A DNA stretch of 64,000 nt from Bryobacterales bacterium (GCA_003136575.1 PLEX01000119.1:4515-68514); one strand, 5' to 3'. Positions 1 to 9,464 are shown, counted from the first letter of the stretch. Made by a program: numbers and translations. The notes: a model not told the origin generated them from the sequence alone.

Positions 1-217
1 GACGGAGGTGGTATTACTTTTGACCAGCCGGAGGTAGGCGCGCCAGAGCGCCTTGGGCGCGGAATGAAGCGGACGCGGGAGCAATCGGCCCCGGCAAGCG
101 CGTTGGGCACAGGGCTTTCCGGGTAGCGGGGTAGCGGAACCGTTTGGGTTTGAGCGCAACCGGTGAAAAGCAGTGGGTAGCGAGCGTAGCCGACGCGCTA
201 CCCGGGGCACCTCCCTT

Positions 218-1270
218 TCACGGGGAAGGGCTTGACGGCCGGACGCCGGTGAGCGTAATGCCTGCTGCGTCCAGAGCCTTGAGCGCCATGGTCGCAAGCG
301 GAATTGCGGCCAATTCGGAGGGCGTGAACCAGGCTCCGGCGGGAAGATTCCCCGGAGCTTTCCCTTGCCAAACCGTAACCCGAAAGCGGTCGTTCACGAT
401 TTGATGAACGATTTCCCGTGTTGCGCGGCCACGCCAGCCGGGAAAAAGGTCCTTCGACGGCAATTCCCAGAATCCGGCCAGACGCCTGTCTTCCGGAACT
501 CTCCGGATCAGGAACACCTTGCCGCGATCATTCAGACGGCCGGAAAACATCGCCAGGTCCAGTTCAACCTCCCGCACGACTTTCTTTTTCAACTTCACCG
601 GAAGTTCCCGCTCCGTGCCGGCGGCGCGCGCAGCACAAAGGCGAGCCACCGGACAGCGGGCGCAATCCGGCGATCGCGGGATGCAAACCGTCGCACCGAG
701 TTCCATCATGGCCTGATTGAAATCGCCCGGACGACCGGGATCGAGCAGACGCCCCGCCTCTTCGCGGAAGCGCCGCAGTGTCGCGGGAGACGAAATTTCA
801 CCGGGGTCGTTCAACAGCCTGGCGACGACACGGATCACGTTGCCGTCAACTGCCGCCTGAGGCTCCCCGAAGGCGATGCTGGCGATGGCGGCGGCCGTGT
901 ACGGGCCTATGCCTGTCAGTTCCATCAGTTGCTCGTGGTTGCCAGGCTGCCCCAGCGCCACTACTTGCTTCGCGGCCCGATGCAGATTGCGGGCGCGGCT
1001 GTAATAACCGAGTCCGCTCCACGCGGTCAGGATGTCGGCCTCGGAAGCGCGGGCGAGCGCCTCCACGTCGGGAAAGAGCGAAACGAAGCGTTCGTAATAC
1101 GGGATGACCGCCCCGACGCGCGTCTGCTGCAGCATGATCTCGGAAATCCAGACGCGATAGAAATCCGGCGGAGCGGTTCGCCGCCGATCTGTTCGCCATG
1201 GTAGGTCGCGCTTCGACGCGTCGTACCAGGCGAGAAGCGCCCTGCGAAAAACTCCAGGGAGACGGCGCAC
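218..1270 (-). CDS. mutY: A/G-specific adenine DNA glycosylase (MutY)
   Basis: 350-aa ORF with a GTG start. HhH-GPD core motifs (LLAWYDASKRDLPWR, SEIMLQQTRV, WSGLGYYSRARNLH), 4Fe-4S loop CIPRSPDCARCPVARLC and a NUDIX-like C-terminal domain. Confidence 0.9.
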   Translation of the reverse strand: MRRLPGVFRRALLAWYDASKRDLPWRTDRRRTAPPDFYRVWISEIMLQQTRVGAVIPYYERFVSLFPDVEALARASEADILTAWSGLGYYSRARNLHRAAKQVVALGQPGNHEQLMELTGIGPYTAAAIASIAFGEPQAAVDGNVIRVVARLLNDPGEISSPATLRRFREEAGRLLDPGRPGDFNQAMMELGATVCIPRSPDCARCPVARLCAARAAGTERELPVKLKKKVVREVELDLAMFSGRLNDRGKVFLIRRVPEDRRLAGFWELPSKDLFPGWRGRATREIVHQIVNDRFRVTVWQGKAPGNLPAGAWFTPSELAAIPLATMALKALDAAGITLTGVRPSSPSP

Positions 1271-1308
1271 GGGGCGGACTGGCGTCGCAGGCTTCTTCAG
1301 GGCAGGCT

Positions 1309-2172
1309 TCAGGACGGGAGCACCTGGATGAACTCCGCGATCACCCTGAAATCGCCCGGGCCGAGTTCGAAGGCTTCAAACTCCGGGTTCAGCGGCTCGA
1401 GCCGGATGCTCTCATGCCGCCAGCCGCCATCGGGATCCGCGGTCTTGCGGCTGGTATATCGTTTGACCGTATATCGGCTGGCGGGATCCGATGCAAGGCT
1501 CCGGCCCTCCTTTCCATGCCCGCCCGTTTGCTCGATCAGCAGGCGCTTGCCCTGGCGCGTGCCGGTAACCGGACCGCGAAAAAGGCAATAGCTGCCATCG
1601 GGAATCAGAGGTTCCATGGATCGCCCGACTACCTGGGCTACGAACATGCCTTCGGTGAGGCGAACGCCGCGCGGCGCCCGCACCCAGTCGACCGGCTCGC
1701 CGACCTCCGCAGGGTCGAACTCCTCGCCAAACTTTGTGGCCGCCGCGCGCAAACCGTAAAGCGGCAAATGAGTGACGAAGGGCCGCACCTCGCCACCCAC
1801 ATGCTTTTCGAAGAGACGGTTTAGGGTCAGGCCGGGATCGCCGGAGTACTCAATCGGGGTACGATCGCCGATACGGAGGAAACCGGATAGGGAACTTTCG
1901 AGAGAGTCCAGCAACGCGTGGCCTCCGCCCGGCTCGCGCCCTTTCGCCGCAAGATCCGCCTCCAGAGCTTCGAAATAATCCGAATCCTGCTCGTCAAGGT
2001 CGTCGAAATCCCGTTCGTCGAGTAGCCTGACCGACAGATCCCCGGTTTCCTCGTCGACGAAGAGGATTCCAAGCGGCTCCGGCGAACGATCCGGGCGCGC
2101 TATTTCGAGCAAAGACCATGTCGCGCGACGCGTTGCAACGGCGGACCGAAATGGGATGACGGCTGCGGGCAT
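1309..2172 (-). CDS. S24 (LexA/UmuD-like) peptidase-domain protein with an uncharacterised acidic N-terminal domain
   Basis: 287-aa ORF. C-terminal S24 fold with Ser motif VVGRSMEP and Lys motif YTVKRY. Linker LPLYGLRAAATKFGE resembles a LexA cleavage region. The N-terminal ~150 aa (DERDFDDLDEQDSDYFEALEADL) has no recognisable HTH. Lies 38 nt upstream of mutY on the same strand. Confidence 0.7.
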   Translation of the reverse strand: MPAAVIPFRSAVATRRATWSLLEIARPDRSPEPLGILFVDEETGDLSVRLLDERDFDDLDEQDSDYFEALEADLAAKGREPGGGHALLDSLESSLSGFLRIGDRTPIEYSGDPGLTLNRLFEKHVGGEVRPFVTHLPLYGLRAAATKFGEEFDPAEVGEPVDWVRAPRGVRLTEGMFVAQVVGRSMEPLIPDGSYCLFRGPVTGTRQGKRLLIEQTGGHGKEGRSLASDPASRYTVKRYTSRKTADPDGGWRHESIRLEPLNPEFEAFELGPGDFRVIAEFIQVLPS

Positions 2173-2287
2173 GGTTTACACAAAAGAAACGCACCGCGAT
2201 GAAACGTGGTGGAGCGAGCGTTTCCCTCTGGGACTATCTTACAGGGAAGCGGGCGAAATGGAAATTGGGCCGGCGGATTTGAATGGA

Positions 2288-3430
2288 CTACGGTTGGACG
2301 GGAAACGGGTAGTAGCCGTCGCGGTAGCGAAGGGTCACGTTCGGCAAACCGACCGTCACCTTGATGTGGCGATATTTCTTGTCCATCGAAGTATCGCACT
2401 TCGGGTGATCCGGATCGCATTCCGTCTGCAGATCCGGGTGGTAGCGCACCACGTACTGCGTGGTGATTTCTCCCATCAGATTGCTGACGGCCAGAAAGAG
2501 CGATCGCTGCACTTCCGCTGTGTAGCCGCCGGTACCCACCTGAACGGCGTAATTCCCGGCGTCCTGAACCGTCGAGAGGTAGCCACTGATGTCCTTGTAC
2601 ATGTTTTCGCCGAGCGGGGCTTCGATCCTGCCGCCGGTGAGGGTTGTGAGAGCGACCAGATTATCTTCGTCGTCGTTGTGAAAGCCGAACGCAACGGTAT
2701 CCATCGCGTAAATGGTCACCAGATTGCGCTGCGCGATCTCTTCGACTTCCTCGAGCGTCTTCTTGCTGGCGGAATCGTGGCCGTCGCCGATCACGATGAT
2801 GACGCGTCTCGGCTCGTAGGGTTCGCCCTGAACTGCCTTTCTGCTGGTGCAGGCCATATAAATGGCGTCAAACAAAGCCGATCCCCCCGCCGGCTTCATC
2901 TTCGCAACCTTCGCCACCATGGCTTCGGGGTCGGAGCTGGTGTCGGTGACGAGTTCGGGCTGGTTGCCATAGGTGATGAGATAGCCGGAATATTTTTTAT
3001 CGCCCGGAAGCAGGTTGATCATCAGTTCCGAGGTGGAATCCTTGTAGCGCTCCCAGTTCACCTTCATCCGGTTGCTCATGTCGATCAGGAAGCCGATAAC
3101 CACGGGCTGCGACTGCTGGTGGCTGAAGAAGTCGATCTTTTGCTCCTTGCCTTCGTCGAAAAGGTGAAAATCGCTCTGCACCAGATCCGAGATAAACCGG
3201 CCTTTGGAGTCGGTTGCCGTGATCGGCACGATGACTTCGTTGACCGCGCTGCTGAAAAGAGTTTGTCCGGTCGCGGTGGCTTGCTGTCCCGCAGCCGTGG
3301 TGGCGGGCTTTTGCGGCGACTGGGCGACGGCAACCGATCCCGCGGTCAGGAACGACAGCAAACAGACCGCCAGCAGAGGCCCGAGGCTCGGGAACGAGTG
3401 GAATCGGCGAACCTGAGGTTGGAAACGCAT
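2288..3430 (-). CDS. VWA-domain secreted protein (TIGR03436-like, VWFA-related acidobacterial domain)
   Basis: ORF 2288..3469. Start moved to ATG 3430 (MRFQPQVRRF...), which precedes a signal peptide (LLAVCLLSFLTAGSVAVAQ). Family-typical block VIVPITATDSKGRFISDLVQSDFHLFDEGKEQKIDFF, followed by a VWA/MIDAS-like region. Confidence 0.75.
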   Translation of the reverse strand: MRFQPQVRRFHSFPSLGPLLAVCLLSFLTAGSVAVAQSPQKPATTAAGQQATATGQTLFSSAVNEVIVPITATDSKGRFISDLVQSDFHLFDEGKEQKIDFFSHQQSQPVVIGFLIDMSNRMKVNWERYKDSTSELMINLLPGDKKYSGYLITYGNQPELVTDTSSDPEAMVAKVAKMKPAGGSALFDAIYMACTSRKAVQGEPYEPRRVIIVIGDGHDSASKKTLEEVEEIAQRNLVTIYAMDTVAFGFHNDDEDNLVALTTLTGGRIEAPLGENMYKDISGYLSTVQDAGNYAVQVGTGGYTAEVQRSLFLAVSNLMGEITTQYVVRYHPDLQTECDPDHPKCDTSMDKKYRHIKVTVGLPNVTLRYRDGYYPFPVQP

Positions 3431-3897
3431 CGAACAGCCCATACGCGGCTTTGGGGCCCTTTCAGACATAAACGGAACACTCCCTGCTTCCCGGAAATTG
3501 CACGCAAACGGAACGTGGGTAGCGGCTTAACTGCCCCGCGACTGTTCGCGGGGACCCATGGCCGCGATCGGCCCTTTGCGGTTATCTGGTCAGACATCAT
3601 TGTACCCTTTTCCCCGCAGTGTCATTTCAAGACAGATGTCACTGGGGCAAGTTGACGGTTCCCAGGCTTAATCCCGCCGAACGCAAGAGCGGCCGGACGC
3701 CGCGACAGAAATCGGAGGGACCACCCGTTCAGCCGCGTTGGGCGGCGTAACTTGCGCGTGTTCTCGGGAGACGATCTTGCCTTTCGCCTCCGGGTACTGC
3801 CTGAAAGGTGCGTTGAAGGGAGTTGACAAATCAGACGGGTTTTGCAATCAATACCACTGGCGAACAGCGCCCGGTTGCGCCGACCGGCGTGTAGGGT

Positions 3898-4191
3898 TTA
3901 CAGCTTTCGATGTTTCTTTGTTTTCCTGGAAACAGGGCACCATCTCAGTTCATAGAGCGGAACTGCCTTGGCGCGCGGGGTTCCGTCGAGCCGAAAATCA
4001 TCTTCGTCATAAAGATAGTTTTCGAACTGCTCAAGCTCATCATCATAAATCACGTCGCCATCTTCGTCTATGATCTCTTCACCGTGTTCATTGACCCAAG
4101 ACTTGCCGCGAACAATGAAGCAGCCGGGTTCCGAGCACGGGTTCGGCGGCCCTGCATTCGGTCCTCGTTTCACTGGCTTTCTTGTGGCCAT
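3898..4191 (-). CDS. hypothetical small acidic protein (island)
   Basis: ORF 3898..4239; likely start is ATG 4191 (MATRKPVKRGP...). The central region is very acidic (EEIIDEDGDVIYDDELEQFENYLYDEDDF). No family recognised. Lies in the lower-G+C stretch. Confidence 0.4.
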   Translation of the reverse strand: MATRKPVKRGPNAGPPNPCSEPGCFIVRGKSWVNEHGEEIIDEDGDVIYDDELEQFENYLYDEDDFRLDGTPRAKAVPLYELRWCPVSRKTKKHRKL

Positions 4192-4246
4192 TTCAGCGCT
4201 TTTTGCCAGATACCTTCTCTGCCTCACGGATCGCGGCATTCGCCGC

Positions 4247-4387
4247 CTAAACGCCGTACAGGGCCTTCAATGCGCCCATTGCGACGCGCTTGGTGCTGAT
4301 CCTTGTGCCGATCTCCGACCAAACATAGTCGTAGCGAGCGAAGGCGTTACCGCCAGTGGCCGATGGACGGCTGAATTGTCTTGGCAT
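4247..4387 (-). CDS. possible 46-aa ORF (MPRQFSRPSATGGNAFARYDYVWSEIGTRISTKRVAMGALKALYGV)
   Basis: Translated by hand; it is below the ORF-track length cutoff. Starts 10 nt after the stop of the 4398..4814 ORF on the same strand. No obvious SD sequence. Confidence 0.2.
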   Translation of the reverse strand: MPRQFSRPSATGGNAFARYDYVWSEIGTRISTKRVAMGALKALYGV

Positions 4388-4397
4388 GGGAACAATT

Positions 4398-4814
4398 CTA
4401 CGCCGCTAGATGTGCTTCGTTTACTTCCATGAAGATGAGAAGAGAACCATTAGGAAATATGAAAACCAAACTGAAAGTGAAGAGCGGTTCCCGCCCGAAT
4501 AAGGCACCCAAGGGGCTGCCATCGCTCTTGAACGTGCGCGGGTCTGCAAATTCGCACGGCACCTTGAGCAGCGCTGGCAGTGAAGTGACAAAACCGGGAG
4601 TGTCCACAAATCCAGACGGGTCTATTGAAGGCGGCGTACCATCTCGATGCACAGTGATCGTCCCGCCTGCATCGACTTGCAGCCTTCCAGGCAAAGTGAA
4701 CGATACCCCCATCGCCGTATTGAAGAACAGCACAAGCACCTTTCGGGATTCGGTGCTCAGCTTGTGCATGAAATCCGTGACTTCCTGCGGCGATAATGGA
4801 TGTTTGGAGTTCAT
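4398..4814 (-). CDS. hypothetical protein (island)
   Basis: 138-aa ORF directly downstream of the IS1-family transposase and co-oriented with it. No family recognised. Confidence 0.4.
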   Translation of the reverse strand: MNSKHPLSPQEVTDFMHKLSTESRKVLVLFFNTAMGVSFTLPGRLQVDAGGTITVHRDGTPPSIDPSGFVDTPGFVTSLPALLKVPCEFADPRTFKSDGSPLGALFGREPLFTFSLVFIFPNGSLLIFMEVNEAHLAA

Positions 4815-4936
4815 CTTTATAGGGCTTGTCAGGAAGCGCGGACTGATTCAAGCCAAAGCCTGGGCGGACGCACTACATATTCCACACGAACGGTCATACA
4901 GGTTTCTCTCCACACTGTTATACGGTACGAATGATA

Positions 4937-5908
4937 TCAAGCCAGAATGTCTTTGATTTCCCAGATGCGATCCGTGATCCCGGCTTGCATTGCGGGCGTC
5001 ACGCGCAACGAGCGGTGAATCCGGCAGAAGTTGTAATAGGCGAAATGAAGGCAGTACGCGGCCCAGAGGTTCTCCCACTTCTTTGAAAAGGCATTCGTCA
5101 GCCGGGTCAAGCGGCGCATCTGCATTCTGATGGTGAGGTTCTGGCGCTCTACGATGCTGGTGCAAATACGGGCCGTGTCGGGGTTGCCCATGACTAGGAC
5201 CACCTCCGTATCGACCACTTCAGCCGGGCTGTACCGCTTTTCGCCGTCCTGCGGGGAGCGGTAGACCTTGATGAGTTGCGCGAAGCTCACGCGGTCGCCC
5301 AGCGTGTCACAGATGGCCGGAATATACGGCGCGAATCCGTCGGTAGTGATCTGAAAGCTCTGGTCGGCTGTTGCGGCGCGAAGCCCTTCGATGAATATTT
5401 GGGTGGTAACCGTGTCGCGGCGTCCGAGCGCGAAGTTCAGGACCAGCTTTGTGTTGCGCTCGATTGCCACGAAGCAGTACGCGTCTCCGATGCTGTTGTC
5501 GTTCGCTTCGTGGGGCATCTTGTGGCCTTCCTTCTTCCGAATGAACGCCCAAATCTCGTCTGCCTCAACGTCCTTCACCGGGACGTTGACGATCAAACGG
5601 CCCATGAGCTTTTCGCAGCGATCACCGGCCAGGACGAGGATTTTCATGATTGTGTTCTGGTCGATACCGGTAATCCGCTGAGTGGAGCGGATCGAGTTGC
5701 CGTCGATGAGTAGCTGAACGGCCAGGAGCACCTTTTCTTCGGACACGCACATTTCGCCAAGGGTGAGGCGGTGAGGCTCAGTGTACGTTTTCTTGCAGTT
5801 AGGGCAGCGGAATCTCGCAAGCCCGTTTCGGTGCTTTCCGAAGCGTTGACAAACAACGTCGCACGCCTTGCAAGTCATTGTTTTCTTGGTCTTTTGTGCT
5901 ATCACCAT
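4937..5908 (-). mobile_element. IS1-family transposase, single-ORF type (N-terminal zinc ribbon + DDE domain)
   Basis: 323-aa ORF. Zinc ribbon CKACDVVCQRFGKHRNGLARFRCPNCKKTY. IS1 InsB-like C-terminal block ERQNLTIRMQMRRLTRLTNAFSKKWENLWAAYCLHFAYYNFCRIHRSL. I could not define terminal inverted repeats by eye. Confidence 0.75.
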
Positions 5909-6163
5909 ATACCTCTATTTTACAACGAGCGCGCGCTGTTTTCAACGTACTAAACGCAGTTTGCGTAAGGTTTATTTCTTTATTTTTCAATGTCTTACAG
6001 GCGAAGCCGTGGCTGGGTAATCCCGTAGGCTACGGCTTGCAAGAGTTGGCCTTTCGGCCTATGATGGGACTTCGAGGGTGATCGTCACGTCGCCGATCTG
6101 GATTCGGATAGTGACACTCCCGCGAGTCCGCTTGATTTCCAAGGTCATAAGCGGTCCTTTCAA

Positions 6164-6199
6164 AGCCCCACCGTTAGAGCGTGGGGCTTTTTCTGTTTT
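6164..6199 (+). terminator. Rho-independent terminator-like hairpin
   Basis: Stem agccccac / gtggggct with a 9-nt loop, followed by ttttctgtttt on the + strand. An A-tract precedes it, so it could act in both directions, including for the 6266..7156 minus-strand gene. Confidence 0.5.
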
Positions 6200-6265
6200 A
6201 ACCGCTTTTGTCTGCAACACACCGGCAATGTTTTCGATCAGTTTATTTTGCTGGTTAGTTGCCGC

Positions 6266-7156
6266 TTAGTTGCCGGTTTCCAAGAACTCCCTCAGGAGCG
6301 TTTCCCGGTCTATTTTCATCGCGTTGCAAAGATCAGAAACGGAACCTTTCCGCAATTTGCCTGTCTTAAGAAAGGATCGCAACGTCCTCTCTGAAATCTT
6401 CGCTTTCTTCGCGAAATCATTCTGCTTGATACCTCTGTCATCAAGGTGTTTCGCTACCCTTCGGGCTGCGTGGAGATTCTCAATTGCCCCGGACTGTCGC
6501 ACCCGTCTAGCAGGAACCATCGACTCTGGTTCGGGAACACTTGGCGGCGGATTAGGAACGTTGGGAGTTGGCGCGACGGATATCACCGGCCTTGGTGCGG
6601 CTTCATCCAATATTTCGTATGGTAGAGGCCCAGTCGTAATTGTTATCGGCGACTGATATTCGGCGTAATATGCTGCTGGAGAGTTTGCCATGCCGTCGTA
6701 ATCCACAATAGGAGGACCAGAACCGACGTTCTGCGCCGATGCGTTAGCGTTGAGATACCTTTGGTGCCGTTCGGAAGTGAGCATCTCCGATTCCATAGCA
6801 GCGCACAGATTGATCGATGCTTCAATCGGATTACTGAGTTCAAAGCCATCAGCGGTGCGTGTCGTGGCTACACCCGTTACGTGGGTTTCACGGGCCAAAG
6901 CGCTAAGCCACGCGTGGAGTGAATCAACAAAATCATTCGGACTGAGGGCGTCGCCTCCGTCCTTTGCGAGGGCTATAAATCTCAGTCGGATTCCTGGGTT
7001 ATTTGCCCTCACTTCATAGAATTCCATCGGCGGCGTCATCGAGTGATCTGAGGTCCACGCTGCCTTGACATTGAACCCAGTAGTCCCGTATAACTCGGTC
7101 CTGAGTGCAATGAATCGCGCGCCGAGATCGCGCCAGAAAGCAGAGTTTGCCATCAC
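6266..7156 (-). CDS. hypothetical protein with C-terminal XRE-like HTH
   Basis: 296-aa ORF. Unknown N-terminal ~130-aa domain, a Pro-rich linker (PTPNVPNPPPSVPEPES), then an HTH-like tail (IKQNDFAKKAKISERTLRSFLKTGKLRKGSVSDLCNAMKIDRETL). Confidence 0.55.
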   Translation of the reverse strand: MMANSAFWRDLGARFIALRTELYGTTGFNVKAAWTSDHSMTPPMEFYEVRANNPGIRLRFIALAKDGGDALSPNDFVDSLHAWLSALARETHVTGVATTRTADGFELSNPIEASINLCAAMESEMLTSERHQRYLNANASAQNVGSGPPIVDYDGMANSPAAYYAEYQSPITITTGPLPYEILDEAAPRPVISVAPTPNVPNPPPSVPEPESMVPARRVRQSGAIENLHAARRVAKHLDDRGIKQNDFAKKAKISERTLRSFLKTGKLRKGSVSDLCNAMKIDRETLLREFLETGN

Positions 7157-7269
7157 CGTTGCAGACCGGCGCGATGGAGCGGTACGATGAGGTTGTCTAG
7201 TCCGTCATCGAACTGCCCCGGCGCAAGCCGGGCTTTTCGTTTCCAGGACCAATTGTAACGGAGATGATG

Positions 7270-7560
7270 CTATTTCTGTTTGCGTGGCCTTCCACCAGCC
7301 CGCGTCTTGCGTTTCGCGGCCAACTGGCGGAAGTACTCCGGCCCGCGTTTCGCGATGCTGGCACCGCCCTTGCGCCCCATCATGACGGCTGGTGCGAGTT
7401 TGGTCTGGCCAATCAGGTCATCGGTTAGCGCCAGCGCGGACCGCAGGAGTTCCAGTGCACGTAACCCACGGCCTTGCGGAAGTTCAGCTGTTGCAATCGT
7501 CAGTTCAGCCTCGGAGATCAGGTTTCGGAGCGCTCGTAGTTCGGTTCGGTCGGATGCCAT
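7270..7560 (-). CDS. hypothetical small helical protein with a basic KGG-like tail
   Basis: 96-aa ORF with a helical N-terminus and the tail GRKGGASIAKRGPEYFRQLAAKRKTRAGGRPRKQK. Confidence 0.45.
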   Translation of the reverse strand: MASDRTELRALRNLISEAELTIATAELPQGRGLRALELLRSALALTDDLIGQTKLAPAVMMGRKGGASIAKRGPEYFRQLAAKRKTRAGGRPRKQK

Positions 7561-7710
7561 ACTTCAAGGCTACAGCGGTCGAAACGAAATTGCCAGCGTT
7601 CGCTGTTTTTCCGTCAACGCACTTTTCAGGCACTACCCGCCTCCGCTCGTCGTCTATGAATGTAGTATCCTGATGTATTCTGGAAACCATTCCAGGCAGA
7701 GGTATTTCCC

Positions 7711-8856
7711 ATGTATTTTCGTTTCAAGCCATTCGTTCTGACAGCTTTCGCCGCAGCACTTTTCGCCGTGCCGGCTTTTTCCCAGGTTGCCTTCGTGCAG
7801 GGAGTGGTAAAGGGTCCCGACGGCGCCGCCATTCAGGGCGCTGTGGTCAGTTTTGAGGGCATCGAAATGAAGGACCACCACGATGCCAAGACCGACAAAA
7901 AGGGACACTACATTACTTCGATGAAGCCCGCCGCCTATTCGGTTACGGTTACGGTCGACGGGAAGCTTCGCGACAAGATTGGCCACTACGACGCCGTTGG
8001 AGGCACGGGCGATCCGCTCGATTTCAATCTGAAGGCCGCACCCGCGGCAGGCGCGGCGGCGCCGGCCCCGGCGCTCACGACAGCGGCTCCCGCCTCCAAG
8101 GGCGGCACATCGCAGGCGGACAAGGATAAAGACAAGGCGGCGAAGGAGCGTGAGGCTCAGCTGGCCAAGAATAAGGAACTGAACGATGCCTTCGGCGCGG
8201 GCAAGACGGCCATCGAGAATAAACAGTGGGACGAAGCCATCACCCAGCTGACGAAGGCCTCCGAGCTGGGGCCGACGCAGATTGCCGTATGGGCCGGCCT
8301 GGCCGAAGCTTATGTCGGCAGCGCGAAGGCGGCAAAAGGCGCCGATGCGGGGCCGATTTTCGACAAGGCTTTCGCTTCCTTCGACAAATTGCTGACGCTG
8401 TCTCCCGACGATGCAGGGACGTATAACAACTATGCGCTCGCGCTCGCGAACGACAAGAAACTGGACGACGCGAAGGTGAAACTGGCCAAGGCTGTCGAAC
8501 TCGATCCTCCGGGCGCCGGGAAATATCACTACAATCTGGGCGCGTTGCTGATGAACAGCGGACAGGCCGATCCGGCTCTGGAGGAGTTCCGTAAGTCCAT
8601 CGCGGCCGACCCGAATTACGCGGAGGCTTACTACTACCTCGGGTCGACTCTGGTAGGTAAAGCGACGCTCGATCAGAAAACCGGAAAGATGGTCGCTCCC
8701 GACGGTACGATCGAAGCGCTGCAGAAGTATCTTACGCTCAAGCCGGACGGACCCAACGCGGAATCGGCCAAGCAGCTGATCGCGGCGCTCGGCAGCGCCG
8801 TGAACGTCGACTATAAAGACCCGAACGCTCCCGCGCCGAAAAAGAAGGGCAAATAG
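7711..8856 (+). CDS. secreted CarboxypepD_reg-like + TPR repeat protein
   Basis: 381-aa ORF. Signal peptide (FVLTAFAAALFAVPAFSQ), a beta-sandwich-like N-terminus (VQGVVKGPDGAAIQGAVVSF...TDKKGHY), an Ala/Pro linker, then TPR-like repeats (AEAYYYLGSTLVGK). Confidence 0.7.
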   Translation: MYFRFKPFVLTAFAAALFAVPAFSQVAFVQGVVKGPDGAAIQGAVVSFEGIEMKDHHDAKTDKKGHYITSMKPAAYSVTVTVDGKLRDKIGHYDAVGGTGDPLDFNLKAAPAAGAAAPAPALTTAAPASKGGTSQADKDKDKAAKEREAQLAKNKELNDAFGAGKTAIENKQWDEAITQLTKASELGPTQIAVWAGLAEAYVGSAKAAKGADAGPIFDKAFASFDKLLTLSPDDAGTYNNYALALANDKKLDDAKVKLAKAVELDPPGAGKYHYNLGALLMNSGQADPALEEFRKSIAADPNYAEAYYYLGSTLVGKATLDQKTGKMVAPDGTIEALQKYLTLKPDGPNAESAKQLIAALGSAVNVDYKDPNAPAPKKKGK

Positions 8857-9054
8857 TTTTCGGCGTGCGGGCGGGGCCGCGCGGGCCGCGTCGCTCGGCG
8901 TTACGCAGTTCAGGAGCATCCGCTTCAACCGGGCGGCGCATCCGGTTCGTGCGCTGTTTTCGGACAGACCGGCGGATTGATTGCGTTTCCTGTTCACCGC
9001 GCGTGTCAGATCCGGGGGCGCAACGCTTTTGTCCATGGCTTGCGCCCCATTCTT

Positions 9055-9354
9055 ATGTTCGCTTTTCTCGGCCGCATACTTGAACTCCTCATGGCATTTG
9101 CCATGATTCGCGCCATCCTGCAGACGGCCTTGCGCATCTTTCGGGGCTCAGGCGAGCCGCGGGACTCCGTGCGAAGTTCACGGCCGGAACCAACGCCAGG
9201 AAATGCCGCAGACGGTTCATCGGCGACCACCCTGCTGCACCAGGATCCGGTTTGCGGGACATACGTCGCAGCCGGCAGTTCATTGCGGAAAATCTGCAAT
9301 GGCAAGGTGGTGCATTTCTGTTCGGAGAAATGCCGCGACCGGTACGTTGCCTGA
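9055..9354 (+). CDS. TRASH/YHS-type metal-binding domain protein with an N-terminal TM segment
   Basis: C-terminal motif C-x21-C-x3-C (DPVCGTYVAAGSSLRKICNGKVVHFCSEKCRDRY). Start is uncertain: ATG 9055 or 9091 within ORF 8977..9354. Confidence 0.55.
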   Translation: MFAFLGRILELLMAFAMIRAILQTALRIFRGSGEPRDSVRSSRPEPTPGNAADGSSATTLLHQDPVCGTYVAAGSSLRKICNGKVVHFCSEKCRDRYVA

Positions 9355-9464
9355 TGTTTTGGCGCCTGAGGCTTTCGACCTGAGGTTTCCGCGCCTGCTA
9401 TCCTGCGAATCGTCGCCCGGCTCGCGCCGGGACGCGATCCCCGGACCCTCCGGGATTAACTGCC

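Noticed and set aside
2156-3655. Long ORFs antisense to confident genes: 2156..3655 +, 7654..9036 -, 11679..13331 -, 15196..17070 +, 19882..21354 +, 23682..25082 +, 25625..26830 -, 30469..31923 -, 50924..52273 +, 55086..56492 -.
   Set aside because: They are Arg/His/Gly-rich with no recognisable motifs. They are codon-aligned antisense to genes with strong family signatures, which is the typical shadow-ORF pattern of high-G+C DNA.
4815-6000. Terminal inverted repeats or target-site duplication of the IS1-family element. Nearly identical 10-mers gtcatacagg (~4893) and gtcttacagg (~5990) were noticed.
   Set aside because: I found no matching inverted repeats inside those 10-mers, so the element boundaries remain undefined.
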